NCBI GenBank assembly: GCA_030688545.1
Contig: JAUYHT010000002.1
Coordinates: forward strand, 60,001-92,000
Length of the DNA stretch: 32,000 nucleotides
Direction of reading: 5' to 3'
Origin: Candidatus Iainarchaeum sp.
Lineage (GTDB): Archaea; Iainarchaeota; Iainarchaeia; Iainarchaeales; VGJJ01
The notes under the pieces were generated by a model. It was not told the origin of the DNA, did no database searches, and saw only the letters and a program-made list of their open reading frames with translations. A program made the position numbers and the translations under genes. Below are positions 1 to 7,743 of the stretch, one piece after another (the stretch's first letter is position 1; each line of letters begins with the position of its first letter).

Positions 1-112
1 AGGAAACCTTGGGTTTCCTCTTATTACGAGCGGGAGGCATGCCTGCAACACCCATTTCCCATTTTTAAATGATATAGTTTCACCCCCGTTATCCGTTACG
101 CGCAGGTTTAAG

Positions 113-1435
113 ATGCGGAAAACCATTGTGGAGAGGATGCCGGGGGCCCACCTCACCAAAATCATCTCCTGCCTGGACGAAAACCAAAAGGGCTTGCTCA
201 AAGAAAGCCCCCACTCGGTGATTGTTGCCGATATGGAAGGGCATGTGGTGGCCTGCAATGCGGGGGCCGGGGACTTATTTGGGTATACGAAAACAGAGAT
301 GATTGGCACCCATGTCAAAGTTTTCCATCCCCCCCAAAATTATGCCCGGATCCTCCCTGAATTGTTTCGCACGGCCCTGCAGAAAGGAATTTATGATCAG
401 ATTATTACCCTCCAGAAGAAAGACCACCAACCCTTTCTCGCCCGCATCATCGTTACGCGCATCCTCGGAACGGATGGAAAGCCCATTGCCCTCATGGGGG
501 TTACCTCGCCCGCCCAAAAAGCCCCCTCTATTGGTTTTATCGCCACTTGGATTAGGGCCCTCCGCGCGCCTTTCTTCACGGCAACCCTCATCCCTATTTT
601 TTTAGGAACCGCCATTGCCTTCTCCGCTACGGGAACATTTTCATTCTGGCCATTCTTCTGGACGGTATGGGGCATGCTCTTCATCCACGCGGGAGTAAAC
701 TTAGCCAATGATTATTTCGACCATCAAACAGGGAATGATGAATTGAATCCGCACCCCACGCCCTTCAGTGGGGGCAGCCGGGTGATTCAGGAAGGATTGG
801 TGGCTCCGAATACGATAAGGAATGTCGCCCTCCTCTGCCTCGCCGTTGGATCCCTCATCGGATTATATCTCAATTCCCTTGTCCCGGGGAACCTCATCCT
901 GGTTTTAGGGGTTTTGGGAGTGGGTATCGGATTCTTCTATAGCAGCCCACCCCTCGCGGCGAGCTACAAACGATTGGGGGAATTATGTGTCGCTTTAGGA
1001 TTCGGGCCCCTCATTGTATTAGGCAGCTATGTCGTCCAAACACAATCCTTTTCCATTATCCCCTTGGTGGCCTCCATCCCCATCGCTTTGCTCATCGTTG
1101 GGGTCCTATTCCTCAACCAGTTCCCCGATTTTGAGGCTGATGTGAAATCACAGAAGCGAAACCTGTTGAACACTTGGGGCAAACCCACGGGGGTCAAACT
1201 CCTCACCTATGGAGTGGCGGCTGTTTTCATATTCACGGGAGCAGGGGTCATATCTGGATTATTTCCCCCGCTCGCGGGACTTACATTACTGGCGCTCCCC
1301 TTCGCCTACGCCATGCTCACCACGCTCCGCACCCACTATGATCAGGTGCTCGAATTGCTCCCCGCCAACGCCAATATGATCAAATTGCATTTTACCTATG
1401 GATTGCTTTTTACTATTGCTTTCCTGGTGGGATGA
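113..1435 (+). CDS. PAS sensor domain fused to UbiA-family prenyltransferase (MenA-like 1,4-dihydroxy-2-naphthoate polyprenyltransferase)
   Basis: 440-aa ORF with ATG at 113. aa ~25-133 look like a PAS fold (SVIVADMEGHVVACNAGAGDLFGYTKTEMIG ... GKPIALMGV). aa ~143-440 are a multi-TM UbiA/MenA-type domain with both Asp-rich motifs (NLANDYFDHQTGND at aa 196-209, DFEAD at aa 339-343). A TATA-like ATTTTTAAAT lies at 61-70. Confidence 0.8.
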   Translation: MRKTIVERMPGAHLTKIISCLDENQKGLLKESPHSVIVADMEGHVVACNAGAGDLFGYTKTEMIGTHVKVFHPPQNYARILPELFRTALQKGIYDQIITLQKKDHQPFLARIIVTRILGTDGKPIALMGVTSPAQKAPSIGFIATWIRALRAPFFTATLIPIFLGTAIAFSATGTFSFWPFFWTVWGMLFIHAGVNLANDYFDHQTGNDELNPHPTPFSGGSRVIQEGLVAPNTIRNVALLCLAVGSLIGLYLNSLVPGNLILVLGVLGVGIGFFYSSPPLAASYKRLGELCVALGFGPLIVLGSYVVQTQSFSIIPLVASIPIALLIVGVLFLNQFPDFEADVKSQKRNLLNTWGKPTGVKLLTYGVAAVFIFTGAGVISGLFPPLAGLTLLALPFAYAMLTTLRTHYDQVLELLPANANMIKLHFTYGLLFTIAFLVG

Positions 1436-1441
1436 TATCGC

Positions 1442-2182
1442 ATGCCTGTTCATTTTTCTATGCCATTTGAAAAGAATATAACTCTTGAAATGGATTCAAA
1501 TTACACCCAAAAAGTGCAGGAAGCCGTGCGCCATGGGAAACACGTCCGACCTTGGCTCATGCGCCGTGTCTGCGAAAAAATGGATCTGGATTACAAACCC
1601 CTCGAAGCGGCCGCGATGGGCATCGAAATGATCCATCAAGCCTCCCTTCTGCATGACGATGTCATTGATGGGGACCTGGAACGCCGGGGAACAGAAAATG
1701 ATGCCGCCCAGAATGGGGTTTCCCATTCTATTCTTTTTGGAGATTTCCTTTTCCTCCAAGGGATGAAACACTTCCATGAATCTCAATACCCCCCTGCCAT
1801 CCCCCGCGCCGTCGTGGAAACGGTCAGCGGAATGGCCGAGCACCAATTGAAAGAGAGCGAGGGACGGATAACGGATTTGGATGCCTACCTCGCCTACGCG
1901 GAAGCCAAAACCGGAGGATTGTTCGCCCTCTGCGCCCGCATTCCTTTGCTGTATTATGAAATGAATCATCCCCCTGCGGAAACATTTTCCCACCACTATG
2001 GATTGGCCTATCAGATTGCCGACGACCTGAGTGAAAAACACCCCGAAAAGGACGGAGTGAACATCCTCCACTTCCTCCCCCGCGAAAAAGCTGTTTCCCG
2101 ATTCCACACCCTGCGCACCCAACTGGGAAAAATGGATTTTATTCCTGTTGAGGAATTGACATTCATTCCGTTCATTGAATGA
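1442..2182 (+). CDS. Short trans-polyprenyl diphosphate synthase-like protein
   Basis: 246-aa ORF beginning 7 nt after the previous stop. It carries GKHVRP, a first Asp-rich motif LLHDDVIDGDLERRG (aa 69-83) and a second motif QIADDLSE (DDxxE variant, aa 194-198). Small residues (A, S) sit at -5/-4 before the first motif. It is shorter than typical ~320-aa enzymes. Confidence 0.7.
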   Translation: MPVHFSMPFEKNITLEMDSNYTQKVQEAVRHGKHVRPWLMRRVCEKMDLDYKPLEAAAMGIEMIHQASLLHDDVIDGDLERRGTENDAAQNGVSHSILFGDFLFLQGMKHFHESQYPPAIPRAVVETVSGMAEHQLKESEGRITDLDAYLAYAEAKTGGLFALCARIPLLYYEMNHPPAETFSHHYGLAYQIADDLSEKHPEKDGVNILHFLPREKAVSRFHTLRTQLGKMDFIPVEELTFIPFIE

Positions 2183-2238
2183 GTCCCTTTTCCGAATGAG
2201 CTGTGGAAAAAAGCCTCATATAATTTCAGTTTTTAATG

Positions 2239-2979
2239 TCATGGATATCCACCATCCACTATAATCGTTGTTCCATTTACATACCTTGCGTCATCCGATG
2301 CGAGAAAAACTACTACACTTGCAATTTCCTTAGGGTCTGCAAATCTCTTGAGAAGAATCTTTTCCATTTCATCTTGGATGTATTTTTTAGGTAAATCTTT
2401 GTTAATATCAGTATCCACCCACCCAGGTGCAACGGCGTTAACATTGACATACGGAGCTAGCTCCTGTGCGAGGGAGCGCGTAAAGCTTATGACTCCAACC
2501 TTGGCTGCATTATAGTCAACCGAAGTCGGAGGAACGTCTTTTGTACCGCATGTAGAAGAAATATTTACAATTCGGCCACTTTTTTGTTTTAACATGAATT
2601 TTGCAACATACTTTGACATCAAGAAAACCCCAATTAGATCAACTTCCAATGTTCTCTTCCATTGTTCAACTGTTCGTTCAAAAAAAGGAACATCAAACAC
2701 GATTCCAGCATTATTAACTAAGATGTCAATTTTTCCAAATTCATTTATTGCTTGTTCAACCATCTTTTCGACCTGCTTTTCATTAGAAACATCGCACTGA
2801 ACTGAAATAGCCTCTGCCCCAAGAGTCTTGATTTCATTCAAAACATCCTGCGCTTCGCCTGAAGACTTACTAAAATTGATAACCACTTTGGCTCCTTCTT
2901 TGGCAAAAGCCACTGCAATAGCTCTGCCAATCCCACGGCTTGACCCCGTTACAATAGCTACCTTGCCTTTCAAACGCAT
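2239..2979 (-). CDS. Short-chain dehydrogenase/reductase (FabG-like 3-oxoacyl reductase family)
   Basis: 246 aa with TGSSRGIGRAIA (Rossmann TGxxxGIG), NNAG, a catalytic YNAAK motif and a PG motif (APGWVDT). The gene is clearly more AT-rich than its neighbours. Confidence 0.85.
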   Translation of the reverse strand: MRLKGKVAIVTGSSRGIGRAIAVAFAKEGAKVVINFSKSSGEAQDVLNEIKTLGAEAISVQCDVSNEKQVEKMVEQAINEFGKIDILVNNAGIVFDVPFFERTVEQWKRTLEVDLIGVFLMSKYVAKFMLKQKSGRIVNISSTCGTKDVPPTSVDYNAAKVGVISFTRSLAQELAPYVNVNAVAPGWVDTDINKDLPKKYIQDEMEKILLKRFADPKEIASVVVFLASDDARYVNGTTIIVDGGYP

Positions 2980-3049
2980 ATGACAAGGATGCCAAAAACA
3001 CTATTTAAAGGGTCTAGACTGTCACCAATATGAAACTGGAATGGATAAA

Positions 3050-3544
3050 TCATTCCAAAATAGGATATTTTTTCACGAGCTTGGTCTTGCTCCACCATGT
3101 GCCCAGGCCGAAAATGCGTCCGGTTTTGTATTCCGCCAGCAGGATGAGAAGGGCGGCGTAAACGATATGCTCATCCAAGAAAGGGTTGTGTTCCTTTGGG
3201 AGAACGGCCAAGTACATGAGCAGCATCATGATTGCACCCCCATAGCCTGCGAGACGCATCCCTATGCCTAGGATGAGCGCGACTCCCAACAAGAGAAGGC
3301 CGCCCATGAAAAGAATGTCGATGAAAACGTTTCCCGCCATCGACTTGAATAGTTCCGCAAACGGCCCGGTCGTGGCAAAAGACAAGAAACCCATAGTAGG
3401 GGAGCCCCCTACAATCCAGGCTTTATCCGGGGCAGTATTGAATCCTAATCCCCATAACTTATCAAAAAACGCCCACAGGAAAATCCAGCCCAAGGATAAT
3501 CGGGCAACCACCCACATCCATTTGGAAATCCATTCGGTTTTCAT
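3050..3544 (-). CDS. DoxX-family integral membrane protein
   Basis: 164 aa with about 4 predicted TM helices. The N-terminal pattern ARLSLGWIFLWAFFDKLWG is typical of DoxX-like proteins. Confidence 0.6.
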   Translation of the reverse strand: MKTEWISKWMWVVARLSLGWIFLWAFFDKLWGLGFNTAPDKAWIVGGSPTMGFLSFATTGPFAELFKSMAGNVFIDILFMGGLLLLGVALILGIGMRLAGYGGAIMMLLMYLAVLPKEHNPFLDEHIVYAALLILLAEYKTGRIFGLGTWWSKTKLVKKYPILE

Positions 3545-3707
3545 CCAAAACCCTCAAACCACGATACCGGATGCCATGTCCCACAATTCGGGGGATTATA
3601 AGCATGCCGTTTACCACTATCCAAAAAGAAATCCCTCTCCTTTCCCCATACTCCTCCCTAACCAATTCCCCCCCTTTAATAAACGGCCCATCCTAAAATA
3701 GGTCCAT

Positions 3708-4754
3708 ATGACCAAACGATATTCAACCATTGCCCACATCGGGGGATTTCTCCTTATTCCCATGCTTTTGCTGGGGGGGATCACTTCATCTGTATGGGCC
3801 CAAGACGAAAGCACGATTGACATATCCAAAAATGAATTCACCCGGGAGGAATGGAAGGCGCAAGCCATTCGCATGTTTGAAGAACCTGAAAAATTCAATC
3901 CCATTCCTGGGCAATTGCTCGTCTACTTCCAAGAAGGCACCACTCAAGAAGAGGCTTTAGAAGTCCTCAATCGATATGACCTTTCTTTCCTCCAATCCTG
4001 CCCGGTTGACCAAGGTGGGGGCAGCGGATCCTCGGATGAGGGGGCTGTCCAAGGAGGGGGTAGTGGCAGCGGCGACCCCGGGGCCCAGACAGGGGCACCC
4101 GGTGGATCAGGAAACGGGTCATCCGGTTTCCCTTGCCAAGCCCAAGACGTATGGTATGCAGATTCGTATTCGGGAATTGTCCTCGTGACGCCCGGGGCCG
4201 AAGTGGAATGGATAACCACCCTCTTCGATGAAGAAGCGGCCGTGCACCACATCCTCGGAGTGGGAGGGGCCATTAACCGCTCCCCCCAGGGAACGGAGAC
4301 ACGCATCGCTGAAGCCTTCGACCAAGGGAATTTCGTCCAGGGACGGATCATCGTGAGCTTCTTGGAAGAAACTTCTCTCGAACAGGCCCAAGCGATCCTG
4401 GGAAAATACGGGCTGTTCATCGAGACGGATGAAATCTGCATCCCCGCGGAGACCACCGAAGGGGGAACGGCGCCAGCATACTGCTACAACGACAAGTGGA
4501 ATGCCAATCTGAGCATTGCATTTGTCGATGTGCCCGTTGGCCAGGAGAAAGAAATTGCCCTCCACCTCATCGCCAATGAAAACGCCATCGCGTATGTGGA
4601 ACCCGACTACATTGTGACCATCGCTGGCAATGGGGCGAATACTAATTTGCCAACACCCCAACCAACCCCCCAGGAAGGCAACATCCTGAGCGGCTTTGTT
4701 GAAGCCGTGAGCCAATTCTTTGGAGGCATCTTAGGGTTCTTCGGTCTGCGATAA
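3708..4754 (+). CDS. Secreted protein with two subtilisin-propeptide (inhibitor I9)-like domains, a Gly/Ser-rich linker and a C-terminal hydrophobic anchor
   Basis: Signal peptide IGGFLLIPMLLLGGITSSVWA. There are two I9-like units (QLLVYFQEGTTQEEALEVLNRYDL ... and GRIIVSFLEETSLEQAQAILGKYGL ... IAFVDVPVGQEKEIALHLIANENAIAYVEPDYIV). No protease domain is present. A Thr/Pro linker is followed by ILSGFVEAVSQFFGGILGFFGLR at the C-terminus. A TATA-like TTTAATAAA lies at 3675-3683. Confidence 0.6.
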   Translation: MTKRYSTIAHIGGFLLIPMLLLGGITSSVWAQDESTIDISKNEFTREEWKAQAIRMFEEPEKFNPIPGQLLVYFQEGTTQEEALEVLNRYDLSFLQSCPVDQGGGSGSSDEGAVQGGGSGSGDPGAQTGAPGGSGNGSSGFPCQAQDVWYADSYSGIVLVTPGAEVEWITTLFDEEAAVHHILGVGGAINRSPQGTETRIAEAFDQGNFVQGRIIVSFLEETSLEQAQAILGKYGLFIETDEICIPAETTEGGTAPAYCYNDKWNANLSIAFVDVPVGQEKEIALHLIANENAIAYVEPDYIVTIAGNGANTNLPTPQPTPQEGNILSGFVEAVSQFFGGILGFFGLR

Positions 4755-4761
4755 CGCCTTT

Positions 4762-4792
4762 GGGAAGGATAGCCTTCCCCCCTTATTTTTTT
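4762..4792 (+). terminator. Hairpin plus oligo-T terminator candidate after 3708..4754
   Basis: Perfect 7-bp stem GGGAAGG (4762-4768) / CCTTCCC (4773-4779) with a 4-nt loop. It is followed by TTATTTTTTT (4783-4792), starting 8 nt after the TAA stop. Confidence 0.5.
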
Positions 4793-5010
4793 CCACCATC
4801 TACCCATTCTTTTTTATCAAATTTTTTTTCCCTTTTTTTCTGCTCAGAAGTAGGCTCTGTCGTATCCTTGTCAGCCCTAAGAAGGGTGTCGTAAGCGTCA
4901 GTTTTACTTTATTTCAATAAATTTCTTCATTCCAAAAACGAGTAGAACACTTCCATAAACCCATGCACCAAACCATCCTGCAAATGGAAAAGTTTGTTAG
5001 AAAAATCAAT

Positions 5011-5568
5011 TTAATCTTTTTTGTTGGTTTTATTAAAATCCATAAATTCAGAATACGAAGTTGAGAACCACCCACTCTTTTTATTATTGAATTCTACATT
5101 GATTCCAATATTTTTCAAAGTAGAACCAAATGTCGGAGAACCGTTCAATGAAAAATAAATTTTTTCAAATAAAGTATCTTTGGTATCATGAGTTTGGGGA
5201 TTTGGTTTAATTCCAAAAATGGATATTTCTATTCCAATTATTTCTTTTCCGTCTGAGCTAAGGATTCTATTTCCATATAAATTTTCATAAAATTTTGGAA
5301 CTGAATTAATAGCATCCATTATTTTTAACCGATATTTTTTATACGATACATTTTCTTTAAAGTCGAAAACTATTTTATAATTATAATATTTTCTGTGTGG
5401 GAACATACTATCCAAATTGCCCAGATAGAAATTTCCGATGGTAAAAAATGAAAAAAATAGGGCGATGAATGCAATCAAGAAATTTTGCGTTAGGAAATAG
5501 ACAACTCCAAAGAAAATTATTTCTCCAACTACAAGAATTTTGAATTTCTTGTCTTGGTCGCTTCCCAT
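5011..5568 (-). CDS. Hypothetical membrane protein (two N-terminal TM helices plus a soluble Asn/Lys-rich domain), AT-rich
   Basis: The track ORF 5011..5670 begins at a TTG. The first ATG (MGSDQDKKFKILVVGEIIFFGVVYF...) is at 5568. There is no recognisable family. The gene is very AT-rich relative to its flanks. Confidence 0.5.
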   Translation of the reverse strand: MGSDQDKKFKILVVGEIIFFGVVYFLTQNFLIAFIALFFSFFTIGNFYLGNLDSMFPHRKYYNYKIVFDFKENVSYKKYRLKIMDAINSVPKFYENLYGNRILSSDGKEIIGIEISIFGIKPNPQTHDTKDTLFEKIYFSLNGSPTFGSTLKNIGINVEFNNKKSGWFSTSYSEFMDFNKTNKKD

Positions 5569-5735
5569 GCTACTCCAGAATACTTTCTCCAATATAACTG
5601 AATACTTGGCATTTTTTTGTTTATTCCTGATGCGTCGATAAAACTGACGAATACGACAGCTAACGGCCAACAGACGCTATTGCGACAGAGTCAAGAGGTA
5701 CACGGTTTATATTCTTCCAATCGTTTTCTTCTCCC

Positions 5736-6017
5736 ATGAAAACACACAAAACCCGGGCTAAAACCCGAAAGAAAGTGAAAATCACCCGCAATACCACGAC
5801 CACTAAGCGGAGGGGAGTGTCTAAAGGGAAAAAGTTCGAAGACATATTCGCGCTCGCGGAAGAAGACTATTCCCCCACTCTCTGGGGGGAATTGGAAGAG
5901 GCTATCCGCCGGTCGATGAAAACGGCGCCAGCGAGGCGACCTAAAAAAATGGTGTCTCGTAAGGTTGTCCGCAAACGAAAAACCACCACGCGGCGAACCG
6001 CTCCCAAGCGACGTTAG
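5736..6017 (+). CDS. Small, highly basic (Lys/Arg/Thr-rich) hypothetical protein with an acidic centre
   Basis: 93 aa. The N- and C-terminal thirds are almost entirely K/R/T (KTRAKTRKKVKITRNTTTTKRRG; RRPKKMVSRKVVRKRKTTTRRTAPKRR). They flank EDIFALAEEDYSPTLWGELEEAI. It is the only long ORF in this gap that is not a shadow. Confidence 0.45.
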   Translation: MKTHKTRAKTRKKVKITRNTTTTKRRGVSKGKKFEDIFALAEEDYSPTLWGELEEAIRRSMKTAPARRPKKMVSRKVVRKRKTTTRRTAPKRR

Positions 6018-6130
6018 GACGACGGAAGTGGCGATCGTAAAACGGCTTAGAACTCCCATTCTCGGGTTTTCTCTTCGGCGGCCGGGTGGGGGTTTCCTTG
6101 GGTTGAATTAAATGAAAACCCTTTTAGGGT

Positions 6131-6508
6131 ATGCGCCGACAAATCCCTTGTGCCTACCAGCACCCCCTCCAGCCCCTCATCGCCTCCTCAATGGAAAAAA
6201 ATACGCCCGTTATCTGGATTGATGGCCGCAACCGCATCTCCCATTATGGATTTTCCCAGGAAGAAATAGCCTGGATGAAAACCCATGTCTTCTTCGCCCG
6301 CATCGACCGGGCGTATGATATGTTGGATTTAGGACAGCGGCTCTGTTATCATTCTCTCCTTCACCAGCGCCCCATCCTATTGGTCACGGGCATCCCCGCC
6401 CTGCTCGCGGGCTTTTCTCCTGACGAAAAAAAACATTGGGAGAGGCAATGGGAGCGATGCCTCGCCCGGCTTCGTGAACGGACGAGTGATATAATCTTGG
6501 AGGGGTAA
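6131..6508 (+). CDS. Hypothetical protein
   Basis: 125-aa ORF with backbone-like GC and no recognisable motifs. An alternative start is at M21 (6191). Confidence 0.45.
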   Translation: MRRQIPCAYQHPLQPLIASSMEKNTPVIWIDGRNRISHYGFSQEEIAWMKTHVFFARIDRAYDMLDLGQRLCYHSLLHQRPILLVTGIPALLAGFSPDEKKHWERQWERCLARLRERTSDIILEG

Positions 6509-6607
6509 AATCAGTAAGGGGCGAAGCGCCAAATCGCCGGATCTCCTGTCGCGGCGGTCTCCCCCCTCTTTACAAATGATCAAATCATCCGCTTATCTAA
6601 TCTAAGT

Positions 6608-6886
6608 ATGGGCCACACCCTCATTCCCAAGCGCCAAGTCCTGTATGCGCGCCTTGAGGGCATGGAAACATTCGCGCGGACCCTCCGGAAACCCTACCGG
6701 GAGCGTTTCCTATCCCTCCTCACCGGGGCGCGGCACCAGGTTTCCGCGGCCGTGTATGCCAACCTGTTGAATGACGAGGAAGCCGCTCTGTATGCCATGC
6801 TCGCCAATTTGATGGGGGTAAACGATACATCCACATCCAAAAAGGTACGCCAGTGCCTGGCCATAATGCTCGCCGGGGACGATTAG
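6608..6886 (+). CDS. Hypothetical protein
   Basis: 92-aa ORF on the same strand as 6131..6508. No recognisable motifs. Confidence 0.4.
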   Translation: MGHTLIPKRQVLYARLEGMETFARTLRKPYRERFLSLLTGARHQVSAAVYANLLNDEEAALYAMLANLMGVNDTSTSKKVRQCLAIMLAGDD

Positions 6887-6997
6887 ATTAACGCGCTGTT
6901 CTGATACCAATTCTCATACTGCTTATGATTGCCCACGAATACAATGGTGCGAATATTCCCTTCTTGTTCGAAGCTCTCAGTAAACTCGTTCGATTTA

Positions 6998-7525
6998 TTA
7001 AATAGATTTTTCTTTCAGTAATTTTATAATATCAATTATCTGAATTGTTTCATCACATGTTTTATTCAAGTGGAATGACTTTGTTTTTGGAAATGCAACG
7101 TTGATAACTTTCTTTCCAAGGGTTTGAACTTCCTCGATAGCTGGAACAAAATCAGCATCGTTGGATACGAGGATGGCCTTATCAAACTTGTTTTCGAATG
7201 CGTTTTTCAGTAAATCGACTACCAGCTTGACGTCCACTCCTTTTTCAACTTTGTGATTGTTTTCTCGTTTTTCGAGACGACCGAAGAATATCTTCATTCT
7301 TTTTACTTTGGCCAGATTTGCAAGAAATTTTTGCTGGGATTGGTACGCCACAGGATCATCATTTTGATGCACGGGAGCAGTATAGTAGAAGATAGTAATC
7401 AAGTCATCCTTTCCAATCAGATGCATGCCAAATTTTTCAAAATCAATTTTAGCCGTGTTAAAGTTCCTTTTGAGGGAATGATAGAGATTGCTTCCATCAA
7501 TGAAAATCATCACCCTTTCGACCAT
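6998..7525 (-). CDS. NYN/LabA-like (PIN-related) nuclease domain protein
   Basis: 175 aa with IFIDGSNLYHSL, EKGVDVKLVVDLL and VSNDADFVPAIEE, the three acidic motifs characteristic of NYN/LabA domains. The gene is AT-rich. Confidence 0.8.
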   Translation of the reverse strand: MVERVMIFIDGSNLYHSLKRNFNTAKIDFEKFGMHLIGKDDLITIFYYTAPVHQNDDPVAYQSQQKFLANLAKVKRMKIFFGRLEKRENNHKVEKGVDVKLVVDLLKNAFENKFDKAILVSNDADFVPAIEEVQTLGKKVINVAFPKTKSFHLNKTCDETIQIIDIIKLLKEKSI

Positions 7526-7743
7526 AAAAAGTATGAAGCCTGCCGTTGCCGCAGCAAAGGCAGGGAGTTAATACTAACCAATCGGTTAATCTTCATTAAA
7601 AAACTATGTTTCTTTTTTGAATTTCAGGGACTTGGACTGACTGCCTATTCCACCCATTAGGGGCATTGGGCCATTCGACTCGAACGGCGGCCCCGCCTCC
7701 CTTTCCAAAAGGGTAAGTGGAGAGAAACCCCTTTGATTGGTTG

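Noticed and set aside
1-19. Perfect 8-bp inverted repeat AGGAAACC-TTG-GGTTTCCT at the window edge
   Set aside because: It could be a terminator of the upstream gene or an operator. It has no following T-run and its context is cut off by the window, so no call was made.
1496-4715. Antisense ORFs 1496..2122, 3264..3701, 3944..4456 and 4119..4715
   Set aside because: Each lies opposite a better-supported gene (polyprenyl synthase, DoxX, the secreted I9-like protein) and lacks motifs.
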